Of a stretch of DNA of 64,000 bases, positions 1 to 14,415 are shown in pieces. Every line of letters begins with the position of its first letter. Position 1 is the stretch's first letter. The stretch spans positions 187,612,001-187,676,000 of the forward strand of contig NC_042997.1 in assembly GCF_006345805.1 (NCBI RefSeq), given 5' to 3'. The position numbers were made by a program, and so were the translations under genes. The stretch is from Octopus sinensis. Lineage: Eukaryota. The notes beneath the pieces were generated by a model, which had not been told where the DNA came from, made no database searches, and saw nothing but the letters and a program-made list of their open reading frames with translations.

Positions 1-550
1 ATTGATTTTCACTGAAGCTTATAATTTTCTGTCAGAGTAAAACATAGAGAAATAAGGTGACGAGATGCCAGAGACATTAGTCACCATTACAGGAGATACT
101 ATTACAGTGAATATTTTATTAAAACTAATTAAAAATAACATCACTCACTTGATGGTCTTTTATCTAGTTTCTCTAATGAATGAATGCATGCATATATGTA
201 TGTATGTGATTTGTAAAATGTTAAGATCAACTAATCATGAAATACTCTTCTTCTGATCTAAAAGAGAAATATTAGTATTTAATATGCAGCTTTGACAATA
301 TTGTATATGTGGGGTTTCCACTGAGAAATAAACAGTTTGTGAAGCTTATTACGCATAGTGAATTTCAGAGTTGTATTTGTATGTCTCACTGTCTATATTT
401 AAGTTCAAAATGCAATAAATATCATTCATAATTTTGTTATACACAAACCTGAATAATTAAGGTGAAAAAATAGTTTACAATATTTTTCCTAAATTTTATA
501 ACTTTAAAATTTTCCTTGTGGAGTACAATATGAAGTTAAAAAATATTGAG

Positions 551-600
551 ATCATCATCATCATCATCGTTTAACGTCCGTTTCCGTGGTAGCACGGGTT
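551..600 (-). mobile_element. Extreme 3' stub of the RTE LINE with (GAT)n tail
   Basis: ATCATCATCATCATCATCGTTTAACGTCCGTTTCC matches the terminus of the longer copies at 37872 and 63097. Confidence 0.7.
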
Positions 601-1099
601 CACTGAATAAAAACAGAAAAAAACCCAAATAACTGCTAATAGTGTTCCAAAGTCTCCATCACAAAGGTGACAGAGAAAGAATTTATTTACTCTGCACATA
701 AAGAGAGTGAGATTTGATATGAATAGAAAAACACGACCAAATAACAATTGTGGAACAAGAAAAATACTTAGAAGCAAGAAAAGGAAAGCTCATTAGTGTA
801 ATAAGAGAACATGAAGGAAATCAAGCAAAAAAAAAAAAATTCTCTCTCTTTATATGGAATTAATGAACAGCAAACAGGAAACTAACTACACTGAAGAATC
901 AACATAAAAGGCTACTAAAAACAACAGATAGAATATAAATTGAATTCCTAAATATACAGAAGAAAAATTGGAGAGAAAAACCCTCCATGGTCAATGTACT
1001 TCAAGAGTCACCAAAAAAAAATTAATAAATAACCTGAGTGTAATGCCTACAATAAAAGTTATGGGATAAAAACAGAAAAATAAGGTCTAAATTCAGCTG

Positions 1100-4000
1100 T
1101 AGAAGACTAATACCTAGTCACAAGCAATTATAAAAATAGTGAAAAATGATACCAAAAACAAGACTATGGGACAATGAGATAGTTGACCACATGATCTCTG
1201 GTTGCTCATCCTTACCAAGTCTTGCCACTTTCCTCCACCTTTCATAAAACACACACAAGACCCCACCATCCTCTTCTTTACTCTCACCTTTGCACTTCAA
1301 GTGACATTTGAATAAGTTGATGAGAGTTTAACTAAAGAGGAAAATGCTTGTCTTCAAACCTCTCAGACAAGTTCACTACACATCTTTCACCGTAGCCACC
1401 AAACAGAGAAACACTACTCATCCTTTCCTGTCAAAGGAAAGTAGCAAACTGATTTTCACTTCAGACTCAGCTGGTAGATGGATTCATCCCATATACCCAA
1501 GCAGCTGATTGGTATAAGCCAACAAAAGGTAAAACATAGACAGTGATTGTGTTCAGAATGGCTTCATTTTCTCTTGTGCAGGTTTGGTTGTTGGCACTTC
1601 TGTGGCTGTAGAGCTTGTCTCCATGTAGCAACTCCATGCCAAGAACTTTTGGAAGCTATCTATAGTCTCTGACTTGAAAGTCCTCCAAAGAACATAGCTC
1701 AAATTTTTTTCAGTAATGCCCGGAATTGTTCCCAGGATATCATCACTCTTAGTCTCCACTAACTCTTCATGAAATATATGAACTGTTTTCCTACCAATGG
1801 TACCAGCCAGCTGATAGTGTATCATATGCATCTGGATGTCAAATGTCCACCTCTAGTCTACATTTGACCTATGATCACAGCTCAGTCAATAGATGACCTA
1901 TGAGAAGACAAATCACATGAAAGGTACTCACACCAGTTCAGTTAGGTTTTTGTCAGTGTCATCAGTGGTTGAACTATTTCTGCAAATATATTTGCCTCAG
2001 TTCATGCCGACGCATTATCAGCAGCAGCATCCCAAGACTGTCACACATTGTAGGCAGCAGATGGATTTCCTGATAAATGAAATTGTCTCTTTTATAGGAA
2101 ATGAAAATGAAAACAATCCAGTCTCATTGTACGTTTCTTGGAACAAAATACAAAGGTTAGGTGATTGTACACCCCTAAGGTATTGTAAGCATTAGACATT
2201 CCTGCCTGACTTTCCAAGGACATCTCTCAACCTATTTCTGAATAACACTGACCACCTCTTCTCGGTTTCTTATTTCTTTGCTGTCCACAAGGGGCTAAAC
2301 ATAGAGGGGACAAACAAGGACAGACAAACGGATTAAGTTGATTACATCGACCCCAGTGCGTAACTGGTACTTAGTTTATCGACCCCGAAAGGATGAAAGG
2401 CAAAGTCAACCTTGGCGGAATTTGAACACAGAATGTAACGGCAGACGAAATATGGCTATGCATTTCACCCGGCGTGCTAATGTTTCTGCCAGCTCACCGC
2501 CTTTTCGGTTTCTATTTGCTGAAAGATCTGCTTCAGACCAGACCTGAGTACATTAACCAGGCCTGTAGTCCAGTGATTGTAATTACCTCTGGCTAGCAAG
2601 GATTTGCCTCTCCAGGTACTTTGTTACAAGCTCATTGACTTGTCCTAACTATGTGCTCCTGTACACTCTCGATATAGTATGATGTCAAACACCTTTATAT
2701 TCAGAATGTCTGACACCACGATAGTGGCTTCTTTTGTGTATGTAGACATGAAAAACTAAGTATTCAATGATAAATGGTATTGAGAACTGATTGCTTAGTT
2801 TGACCACCAAACAGATGCTGCTTGGATGCGTTTAGCTTCTAGCAACTGGATCCCTGTCTATTGTTCTAATTCATTTGCACAAGTTATAAATTTGTGGTCT
2901 AGGTAACCAACTAGCCAAAACTATATACTGTTTCTAACTTGACTGTACAAGTTCATAACTTGTGGTCTGTGTATCCAACTAGCCAAGACTATAGCCAACT
3001 TACACTAAACCTAACCTGATGAAAACTCTATTTAAATGCAACCTGGAAGACTTGTGATTTCTCCAAGTCTATGATAGTACATTTGGAAAAGCAAGGTAAA
3101 AACTGTCCAACAGTTGGAAGTGCCTAACAATGTTTGTGAGGCCTTTTCACTTTTCTCTTCTTTTTGGTACTCCATTACAATCACTGCATGCAACTGAAAT
3201 GCCATTCCAATCAAGTACTAACATTAATGTGCAAGACATTTCTAGATGTCTAAAGAAAGCAGTCCTTCTTTCTCCAGTTGAGACATAAAAAAACCATTAG
3301 TCTGGTTGCACCACAATTGTTACTCACATCCAAAGGCACTGATTCACTATGTGGGTCTAGGAAGACTATGTATTCCTCTAGGTCTAGGCCTTTTTGGAAC
3401 AACATTGCCATGTCACTTGAACTGAGCCAACTGAAAGTGGCATGTACCATGTAGTCACACAGAAGAGAGGAGAACGATTTTGTTTAGTAAACCCTGGTCT
3501 TGTTAATGGCTATCATTTCCAGACATATCAACCAGAAGTCAATTGAGCTGGTGTCCCTGCTTTTGCTCTGATTCTAGGTTGTATACATTTATATTGTCTA
3601 TTTTTTGTAGTGTAGCTATTTAAGCAAGAGACCAAAGAGATGGTTACTTACTTTGGCCTTCTTTTTGAGGCCTTATTAAGTGACCTCCAGAATCCTAAAA
3701 CATTCTGAAGGAAGCAATACATTGCTGATGTGGTCCTAACCAGAAGTCTCCTTTGTTAGGATTTTTGAGAGTTACTTTCTTGAGGCTCACACCTGAAGTC
3801 AGAACTTTGTTTTTGTTGGAACTTACATAATATTTTCAGAGAACTGTGTTTTGGAATCAGACCACTGGATTTGTCTGTCCAACCTATCTTCCTTTTTTTT
3901 TGTGGCCTTTCTGCAAGCCATTTGGATGTTTTTGTGTTATTTTTGGCCTGCTTCTCTTGGTCTTGGTTGTTGTAGCCTGGGTGTTGGTAGTAGTGATGGG

Positions 4001-5000
4001 AAGAGCTGCTCTACGTCTGGTTTCTCTCCTCTGGAGTAGAAAGCTTTGAGGTGATTCATTTGTAGTATAGGTAGCATTTTGGGTTTCTTCTTTCCATTAC
4101 CATTTAGACTCTTCAAACTGAAAGTTATTTGAGATGCTAGTCAGGTCCTCAGGTGTGGTCAACACTTGAAACCACAGCAACATGCCTGTTTTCTTCTGTT
4201 GGGGAGTATCTCTGAGTCCTTTTACTTCTCCATGCTCCTCCACCATTTTCCCCATTCTAGCTTGGTTCGTCTCCATCCTTACCTTTTCCCCAAAGCAGAA
4301 CTCAAAGAGTCAATTAAAGCCTGACTCAGAAAGAACTATGCATCCTCAGTCTTTTCAATCAAGCTCACCATACAAACTTTTCCTCCATATAACTATCAGA
4401 CAGAGGAAAACTGTCAGCCCTTTTGACTCAAAGCAAAATGGACCATTGATGACTCAATTTTTGAAAATCTGCCTTTTCAAATATTGTAGGATAATAACAA
4501 AATCTTTGGAGTGAGCAAGTAGTAGTGATCATGATTCTGGCCTCCTCCTTGTTGCAGTTGGCAGCAAATAGCTCATGTTGCTTAACTTTTATAATGTATC
4601 CTATTGTGCACCACACTTCCTGTAGGAATTTTCCACTTGTGCTGGGCTTTTGCTCTTTCCTGTTTATACACCTGTAAATAATTGCTTTTTTCCGGATGCT
4701 GTTTTCTTCTTCAGCTGCAGGCTTCTTGACTGCAGAATAAGTTGTTCTCTTCACACAACCTTTTACACTAGAGACAGTAGACAGAGTCAAAGAAAGTTGG
4801 TTTGGGTTGATCTTCACAAGTGACGTGGTAAATAACTGAATTTGTCCTACATATAGAAATCAGCAATCCTCAGATACTGAATGAGTGTGAATAAAATGCT
4901 TTCAGCACCCTTCATGCATCTTTAACAGGTTCAGCTAATGGCACTTCTGCATTTACAGAGTTCGCCTTGAACCAGCAAATCCAAGTAGAAAGATCTAGAA
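1100..5000 (-). mobile_element. Degenerate L1/Tx1-clade LINE: ORF1 remnant, APE endonuclease, RT core apparently deleted, post-RT and zf-RVT remnants
   Basis: Interrupted translations: EMIAINKTRV..MAMLFQKGLDLEEYIVFLDP..TRLMVFL..LVLDWNG..LLDSFYLAFP..TWRN (endonuclease, about 3600-3030); SNAYNTLGVYNHLTFV (about 2190); DKLYSHRSANNQTCTRENEAILNTI (about 1620-1540). Many stops and frameshifts; boundaries approximate. Confidence 0.7.
2271..2503 (-). mobile_element. tRNA-derived SINE family B, inserted into the L1 relic
   Basis: Head AGGCGGTGAGCTGGCAGAAAC..GTTCAAATTCC on the minus strand; flanking direct repeat TCGGTTTCT (2262-2270 and 2506-2514). Near-identical copies at 35138 and 59186. Confidence 0.88.
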
Positions 5001-7334
5001 ACAGAGACAACCAGAATGTGGTGACCTAGACTAGAAATAATCCCTATAATAATTGGTGCAGTGGGAGTTATTAAAGACATGCATCAAACAAAAACACGGC
5101 CAAAACTGCAAGACTTACAAATATGCACAGCAGACAGAAAATAGTACAAGGCATGCATATATATTACACAGAGCACTGTTAATTTAAAACAAAATACACA
5201 TGGACTAAAATATTATACAATGAAAGACTACTGAGAAAAAATAATAGAGCAAAAAAAAAAACAAGAAAAACGATTTAGAGAAGAAATTATTCTCAAATTT
5301 TTAATTCATTAATGGTTGATTCATTATATGCTTGTTAAAAAAAATGTCATCGCTAATGACAGTTCATGGAACTGTTACAAATTCCGAAGCTCTTGGCCTG
5401 TGACCAGGGATTTTTTTTTTCTAAAAACCAACAGTAATATCACAAACACAAAATACTCAATTATAGCTGATGATTATTCAATAACCATCTTTGCCTTAGA
5501 TCAAAGACATTGTCACAACAGAAGAAAATATAGCAAAATATACAATATAATTATGCAAAGTAAGTTACCCAATAAATGAAATACTTACTCTGGATATACA
5601 GAGTAGAAATATCCCATTAATTAAGTAACTTTATTCATTTATTTATTGTTAATTGTTTGGTTTTATTACTATTATCATTGTTGTGTTGGTTTTACATTTT
5701 TTCCTCTACAAAAAAGAGATCAAACAATATTTTGTTTATGATTACATTCTTTACAAAATATAAATAAAATTAAAATGTAAATAAATTAACAATCGATATT
5801 ATAGTTGCTATTTTTCGTTAAAGTTCAAATGTGAAAATTTGTAGAGTTTACACAAACAATTAAAATATATATTTCGTGTTAGAAAAGGAACAAAACAAAA
5901 TATTAAAAAGGAAAAGAAAAAAAGGGACTATCACAAAAGATTAAACCTTCTAGGTTTGAACCTCAGGCAGGAGGTTGCAGAAAACCTGCTACTTCCCACA
6001 GTTAGTAACTAAGACTAGATCTAGATATGTTAAATTTATCTTAGACCTGGAAAATATATTTCATTGTAATAAACAATTTCACAAATCATTAAAACAAAAA
6101 CAGAAAAAAAACCTATGTAGGATATATTTTCAAATTAAAAACATTCTGAGAAAAATGGCCACATTTGGAGGGGAAAGGGAGAAAGCAATATAATTTCAAA
6201 AATATTTTAATGCATGTTAAATGAGAGAAAAACTGATCTAAGCGTAAAAACATCATGCAAAGTCAGACAGACTTTTTTGTTACCATATACATATTTTTGT
6301 GCATTACATGTGTATAATGTCAGTGTTTGTGCGACTCTTTTGTTATTCATGTTTGTGTAATAATATATATTGCAATAATATATATTTCTGCTTGTGTAAT
6401 AATGTTGTTAACTCTGCTTGTATAATTATGTTATAGTCCCCTGTTTAACTGTGTAAAAGCTATAAAGCTGTCAATGAGTGCAGTGTATAACTTTGCTACA
6501 AATCATAATTCTATATAACAAATAGGGCTTTCCAATTTCTTCTGTCTAAATATCAACAATAACAATGAATAAAAAAAAAAAAAGGCCTAGGAGAGTTTTT
6601 AAACTTGAAAGGAAAATAAAATGAGAAAACAGGGAGAGCATGTTATGCTTGTCCCTGCTCCTCTCTCTCGCTTTCTCTTGAATACACACAAATAGTTAAT
6701 ACAAAGAGATTTTGTGCCTTAACAAGAAAATAAACACTTTGGTACAGAAGAAATGCAAAATTCAGCCCCAATTCATAAATAACATTTCATTGACTCTCAT
6801 TTATCAAGTTTCTGTTACGCAGAAATATATACATATAAGTGGAAATGGATGTGCTAAGTGTGCAAAAAATTACTGTACTGTTTGTGGCTCTTAATAGAAC
6901 TTAACTGCACAACCCAGTTAAGTTCTATGCCACCATTATAGAACTATTATTACATTATATGAAGAGCACATCTAGTATGGCAGAAAAACATCAAGCATGA
7001 ATTTTCTATTTCTTTTATTTCATGCATTCCTGTGATGGATAATCAATGATGGTAAATTATAAATGTGATTTATAAAGTGTGTTCAATCTTATTGAATGCA
7101 CTTTGGAAACAACATTTATAATTTGTCATCACCAATTACCAATGTAATAGATGTGAAATAAAAGAAATGACAAATTCATGCTTTAGGTTTTTCTATTATA
7201 ATATGGTGTATATATGTGTGTATGTAACATGTATTTATGTGAAATAAAATATAGTGAATAAATAAAACAATTACCTAATACTTGAAATGAGGGGTGTGTA
7301 CATGTGTGTGTGGGGGCATGGGCTTGTGTAATTA

Positions 7335-7366
<32 letters not shown>

Positions 7367-8559
7367 AATATATATATGCGTGCGTGTATGTAAAAAATAA
7401 ACAAAGTCAAGGCGAGGGGCATCGAAATATAGTTATGCCCAATATAAAAGCCATTTAGAAGACATTTGGGATAATCGAGGGGAAAAAATTTGTTAATTAA
7501 TATCTAATAATGTGACGTTTCCTTTTTTTAAAGACATAAATTATTGGTATATTAATATCAGTTATCAATTAACTTACTAAAATCAATAGAAAAGCAATTT
7601 TTAACATTACGTTACCTTTCCTCCTGAATACCTGCCAAGAGCAAAGCTTGTATAAAAAGTTATTACTACTTAAACCGTTGTGAGTATAAGGAATAATATA
7701 AAAAAAAGAGCTAATATCCAAGGTAGATAACTCACAAAAAAGAGCTGATTTAACTCCCTTTAATCACACATTTGAACACTATGGTTAATGTTTGTTTTCT
7801 GCGTGTTTATTGGACCAACCATTGTAGTCTCTGGTACAAAATTCGAGTAATATTTGTTTTACTAAATTTGATTAATAATTGTTTATGTGATGCTTTGTTG
7901 AAAGAATAATAGGTAAATTACCGAAACATCAGCAGAGATCACTCTCTTACTATCAGGTGCTAAAGGAACAACATCGCGATGAATTCTTCAATGTACATGG
8001 TCGGGGAGAGGGATTAAGGTTCTTGAAGTTCTATGATGCAAAATGACTTAAACGTTTGTAGAACAAACTCTCAGGAGATAGCCCATCAACCTGATTGCTA
8101 ACACTTAAATGAAGGCATAAATCAGATGCACCAAGGAAATAAGATAGACAGACGGTCATAAAGAGCAAGTCTTTTACTGATGAAGAATTACCACTCAATA
8201 TGGGACAGTGATTTATGGTATCAGAGTAAAACAGATCCAGAGACACAAAACAATTTGGAGAAGGAAAATATCGAAACAATACATTCATAGAAGTACATGG
8301 TGGTGCATACGTCAAGAAGATACAAACCTATAACATAATAAAAATAATCAGATTTTCTCAAAGAAAACTTTTTGCAAACCACAGACCAGATCTGGTTCCA
8401 GCTAGATGGAAGATGATATGGTAGTGGATTGGTATGGTAGGACCATAAAAACCACAAGATAGACTTGGAAGAAAAGGAGAGGAAGGACCAATATGATGTA
8501 GGTAGCGAATGATATTAGTTGTTAGGTAAACTTAGCAAAAGAAGCAGAAAGTAAGAGGT

Positions 8560-9185
8560 TTCCCAGTGTTCTATGATTTAAAGAATAGAAGTATGAGATG
8601 TTCCAGACAACAAAGTAATGTCAGTGTGTATTAGGATACCATATTGTGTGTCTGGTGGTCACTAAGAATTGATGAATGGCTTGGGAAACCCATGTAAAAA
8701 GATACTATTTGCAAAGTTAGAGTTAGTAATAAGTTCAACAAGGAATTTAGCATTCAGATGGGTGACCATCAGAGCTTGGTTCTCAACCCTATCTTGTTTA
8801 TTATTGTTCCCAAGACAATAACAGACAAGTTAAAGACAGGCAATACATAAGGAACTTCTGTATGCCAATGACTGAGTTCTCATAGCTGAATCTGTCAAAG
8901 GATTAGAGAAGAAATTCCAAATATGGAAACAAAGCCTAGAATCAAGAAATCTTAAAATAAACTCAGAAAAAACAAAAGTCATAGTTGGCTGGAAGTGTCC
9001 ATACTCAATATATAGAAAAAGATTAGGTAAGATACCGTATAATCTACCCATTTAAACTATGAGTGGACAAGAGATGCTGTAGGGTCTGTAGGATAACAGA
9101 CAGGGCATCCAGCCATAAAACATTGTCCCAGTAAAACCACACAACTCATGCCAGCATGGAAAAGTAGACTTGCATTTATGATGAT
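8560..9185 (+). mobile_element. Degenerate RTE LINE RT fragment plus 3' tail remnant
   Basis: Interrupted reading VRVSNKFNKEFSIQMG..LNPILFII..LEKKFQIWKQSLESRNLKINSEKTKV resembles RTE RT motifs; followed by GGGCATCCAGCC..CATGCCAGCATGGAAAA..GATGAT. Confidence 0.7.
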
Positions 9186-9369
9186 TATAATAAAATATGA
9201 GCAGAGAGTGTAAAAAAAATGAATGAAGGCTGCCAAAAAGGGAAAAAAATGAGGTGAATACACTCCATTGAATGTGTAATGTTAGTGTATATGAAAGATG
9301 AAGCACAAATAAGCTTAGAACAAAAAAAAAATAAGAAAAAAAACATGGTACAAGAAGAATTAGATTTAG

Positions 9370-9610
9370 TGTACCAGACAGAAAACTGATTCAGGGAGGA
9401 CATGATACACTTGCATAAAGAAGTGTCAAGTGAAATGAACCTGTGGAAAAGGAAGACCAAGGAAGACACATGAAGTAGTAGTGAAGGTCAATCTTAGGAG
9501 ACTGAACCTCATAAATGAGATGACGAAAGTGGAGAGATACTATGTTGGAGAAGACCCATACAATCTATTAAGCATGCAAAATGAGATGAAAAATGATGAT
9601 GATGATGATG
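9370..9610 (+). mobile_element. RTE LINE C-terminal fragment ending in (GAT)n
   Basis: GKGRPRKT..VKVNLRRLNLINEMTK followed by AATGATGATGATGATGATG. Confidence 0.65.
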
Positions 9611-12199
9611 TTGGCATACCTATTGAGATTATTTCAACAGATTTTTTATTGTGTTTACACTTATAATTTATGGTAAAAGAATTTTTTTTTAATAATTTTG
9701 GTAATCAAAGGGGCATTACTTCATATGAAACGAAAATTAGATGAATTTTAACATTTTAGCCTTTCCTAAAATTGAAGTTTTGAAATTATCAAACAGTTTG
9801 ATTATGTTAAAAAATTCATGAATGATATAGTATTTCATTATATTTGAATTTATAATCTCAGTACCTATGACTAGGAAACCAATTTTATTTAAATCAAAAA
9901 GTAATTTTTAATTTCAAGGAAGATTATAAAAACTATAGTTCTTTATCCTTAAATTATATCAGAAATATGATTTTATACTAATTATCCAGTTATTGCCATT
10001 CAATCAGTAAGAATTTTTTTTAATTAATTGCATATATAAAATAAAAAGGTAAATACAAATTAGAAATAGAATCAAGGATGGGAAGTGTTGATAAAATTTT
10101 ACAAATAAAAACTTTGATTACAATAACATATTTTTATAATTTTCTTTGTTATAAAGCGTTTGCTTTTCCTTAGGTGGAGTTGTTCACCACTGTACAATCA
10201 CTGACTTCATTCTCCTATTTTCTCACTACAATATTGGTAATCTTCACACAATTTACTCAGGTCATTTAAGGAATATATTTATATTCAGCCCTATTTTATA
10301 ACCTATAAATTCAACAATTCAATAAAATCTGTTTTGATGTCAAAATGCATAAGATTAAAAACTCCTGTTTCAGAATGTGGAGACAAAGTGATTCATTTGA
10401 TACAATTATTGTGGAGTGTAGGTTTCAATTAAGATTTTACTTTTCTTCTCTCGCACATATGTCCTTTATGCTTGTCTTTACAAGTGTACATAGTTTGAAT
10501 ATATTTAATTTTGGATTAATGTTTAAAGAAATTTAATTGAGGAACTTAAAGGTCACATATATATTCTTTAAATGATCCAAGCAAATTAGATGAAAGTTCC
10601 CACTCTTTAGAATTAGAAAATAATCAAACTTTGTAAAAACATCATACATTCAATTTGATGATAATAAAAAGTAAGAAGTGTGTTTTTCATAATATAAATT
10701 AGTTTCTTATGAAATCAACATGATTACTGAATGTTAAGTTTTAACGACATAAGCATAATTTGTAAAAGCCAAAATTAAATTGAGCATTTGGGTTTTGATG
10801 ATGATATAAATATAAAAGCGTACAAAAACGATGAATGCTTCATATAAAACTAACTGCATAATAGGAAATAAAATTAAAACACCCATACAAAATGAAGTAT
10901 AAAAAAAATTTTAAATTGCATCAAGTTAAAAGTAAACTTTTTCCTGTAAGGAAACAAAAGCTTGATTACTAAATTAAGAGAACAATAGCTGTAATTATTA
11001 TGTAAAAGAGATCTAATTGCAACTTTTAGTTTAGCTAAGCTTAAGATATTGTCAATTGCAAATGAAACTTCTTGAAAATTTAGACAGTCCAAGAAACTAG
11101 TTCTAAGATTTTGTAATTTTCTTTTTAAGGATATCACTTTCAATCTGGTAAAAATCTAAGTGTGTGTGCATGTGTGAAAGAAAAAAAAAACATTTAGGAG
11201 AAACTAAGAATGGAAATGACATGGGTCACACCTGAAAGACATGTGTAAGTGTGAAGAGGGAATGGATGAATATATTCCTTTTGATAAAAAAATGTTAATA
11301 TTTTGATGACTATCACCTAGTGACTGGCAGTGACATGGGTAAAATTTTACAAAAATCATTTATGATAAATCAATGTGCAAGGGAGGAAGCTATATTTGTT
11401 ACTAAATTCAAACTGAGTAAAATAAAATGTTATGAGATAAAATTTCAATTTAGCAATTTAAGTTATTGAATGAAATTAATATATACTGAAAAGAAATAAT
11501 TCATGATTTTTTTTTTTAAATGCTCATTAGAAAATAGAAGAGACGTATCATTTAGGTTTAATGGGAGGTTATTAAAAAACTAAGGAAATCATTTGTGAAA
11601 AAGCTACCCATCTAAATCCCTTGTAAATTATATTCAAAGAATTCTGGATCACAAACTAAAGGAAATGTTGAATGAAGATCTACAAACAGCAATATATTGA
11701 AGAGAAAATGGTAAAAATTAGCAAAACAGTAAAGTAGATAAAGTTTGGGAGCTTTCAAAATTCTTTCTAATTGTGAAATAAAATAAACAAAAAAAAGAGG
11801 GGTGGGAATATGTTTTAAATTAATTGCAAACCAAATTCAATAACAAGACATCAAAAACGTATAATTCTAGTAGTATAATTCTATCTTGACACCCCACTTA
11901 CACTTTAAACTAAATGGACCTTAAGGCATTACTAACAGAATTGAAAGAAAAAATTAAAATCATAATTATTGAAACCAGTTCCTTTGGTGTTATTTTGCTA
12001 CTTTTATGAAAATATCCAAAACAATTTTTTTTTTAATTTAAGAAGGTATTTTTGTTTTGTTTTGCTTAGTTGGAAGTATCTCTTTCTTCAGATATTTCAC
12101 GCTTTCTTTTAAAACAGATTCTGAGAACCTGTTTTAAAAGCAAAAGCTGAATTCAGTTTGTTTCATCATTCTAAACCTTGAACAAATTGAACTATAATT

Positions 12200-12585
12200 G
12201 GCATAGGAGTGGCTGTGTGGTAAGTATCTTGCTTACGAACCACATGGTTCTGGGTTCAGTCCCACTGTGTAGCACCATGGCCAAGTGTCTTCTATTATAG
12301 CCTCAGGCTGACCAAAGCCTTGTGAGTGGATTTGGTAGACAGAAACTGAAAGAAGCCTGTCGTATATATATATATGTGTGTGTGTATGTATATATTTGTG
12401 TGTCTGTATTTGACCCCCAACATCGCTTGACAACCGACATCCCTGTAACTTAGCGGTTCGGCAAAAGAGACCGATAGAATAAGTACTAGGCTTACAAAGA
12501 ATAAATCCTGGGGTCGATTTGCTCAACTAAAGGCGGTGCTCCAGCATGGCCACAGTCAAATGACTGAAACAAGTAAAAGAGTATA
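12200..12585 (+). mobile_element. Composite CORE-type SINE family A (tRNA head, CORE-like domain, internal microsatellite, tail module)
   Basis: GGAGTGGCTGTGTGGTAAG..GGTTCAGTCCCACTG..GGCCAAGTGTCTT, then TA/TG repeats, then the GCGGTTCGGCAAAAGAGACCGATAG..GAAACAAGTAAAAGAG tail. Copies at 55606 and 62266. Confidence 0.88.
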
Positions 12586-13959
12586 AAACAAAATCACAAA
12601 ACAAATTAAAAAAAAAATAATCTTCATCAAATATATCATATATGTAACAGGGAAACCATTATCCAGACATGAATAGTCAAGTTATAGAAGTTGTTGGGTT
12701 ACCTGCTAGCAATCATGATGAATTGGAAGACACAAATTAATAGAGAGAATCTATGGAAAGTAAACTCTAGAAACATTTCTGGTCGTTGCTAGTTCAATCC
12801 TACTCTTTTCCTGAATCAAATTTTCAGAAATAGAACAGAATGTAATCCAAATGGACGGATGACATTTTTTAAAGTCTCATATATTTAAAGAAGTATGAAA
12901 AGAATGCGTCAATTTCATTAATGAAGTTTTGTAAAACTATGAAAACAAATACATTTATTTACTCTTCTAACTTTCCTGTGCTAAGTTCATTTCATTTCTT
13001 CTTTTTTAAAAAACTATTCCAAGTGCAAAATAAACAATGAGATAAATGGAGAAAAAGTTTACAATCTTTTTCAATTAAAAAAACAAAAAGATTATATTCT
13101 CCAACAATAAAAAAAAACATGAATAAACTTAAATGTATAATTTTAAATTTGCTGTAATAAGATACTATAAAATGAATATATATGTTTGTATGAGTGTATG
13201 TATTCACATGTATATAGTACTATATTTTTTTCCCATTTGCAAATTGATTTTCTATATTAAAAGTATCAAAAATGTAACTATAAATCTGTATCTATGAAAT
13301 GAAAATGTGAATAAAGAACAAATATGGAAGAATGCATGGATGTTAAATATGTAAAAAATAATATAAATCAATGTTTAAATATGTAAAGATTCAGCACCTG
13401 TTAATGAGTTTGAAGTCAGCAGCAGAATGTATCCATAATTTTGTAAATGAAACAAACTATCAAAAATGTCTTTCCACTCTTAAATAAAGTAATTAAAGGA
13501 TGTAGAATGGTGTAACATTAGTCATAGACATTGGTGAAATAGCAAATGGAACGCTTTTTTCAAGCCTGATATCCAATGATTAAGATTGCAGATTTCCATA
13601 GTAGATTATTAATCATTGATGCTATAATTATTTGGAGGAGAGTGCTAATAACATATGTACTGCAATATACTGGTTTTGATTTGATTACTATTACTCTGTT
13701 CCTTGAAAAATAACCCAGTAGTGTAGTCAAAAGAAATTATCATAGGAAGTTTTCAGAAAACTGAATCTGTAGTCCCTTTATGATTGTGTCTGGAACCGTA
13801 ATAATGTGCTTGGGATAAACATGAACATTGTAAATTTTCCACTTCTAGTCCAAGATTCTTTAAATTAGAGAATTCATACCAAGACTACTACTGCCTGACC
13901 TTCATAACATGTCCTAGAAAATATCTGACCAATTGGAACATATGCTCTATGGCTTCTTA

Positions 13960-14370
13960 TGGAAGGGACAGGTTCTACTGGTCAGGAGGTTTGTTTGTTG
14001 TTAACATCTGATCCAAAGGAGATTAAGGATACTGTGGTCACTAATATGCAACCATGTGCGGAGGTTGACACAGCTACAGAGATTCCTGGACAATGACAAC
14101 AGTAAACAAGTGTGGCCACCATCCATGTAGCATCTTTCTGTACTTGTCTCTTTGATGGTGTTGCAGTCCTGGGTCAAATGCAGACCAAAATTGAACATTT
14201 GGCAACTGAATGGTTGCCAGGTGCTCACTGCATTCTATCAGCTAGACAATCTGGTCAATGGAAAACCAACTCCCAAATTCTATAGGAGAGTGGTGTGAGT
14301 GACAATGACCTGGGAGTGATTCTAAGTGTCATCAAAGGCAGTCTTAGCAGTCTCTTCTTTCCGGAGGACC
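13960..14370 (-). mobile_element. Possible highly decayed L1-type C-terminal (zf-RVT-like) fragment
   Basis: FGLHLTQDCNTIKETSTERCYMD resembles the Cys-His zinc knuckle region; weak. Confidence 0.3.
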
Positions 14371-14415
14371 TTCAGGTAGGGGGTTTCTGAACAATTTCCA
14401 AAGAGTGGCTTTGCT

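Noticed and set aside
4428-4817. Cys-containing ORF near TET as a possible KDZ/Zisupton-type TET-associated transposase
   Set aside because: It lies within the decayed L1/Tx1 element upstream of its endonuclease; no KDZ motifs are recognisable.
5040-7900. Repeat-poor AT-rich region with AATAAA on both strands, as the 3' end of a neighbouring gene
   Set aside because: No coding exon could be assigned, and hexamers are expected by chance at this AT content. It needs RNA data.
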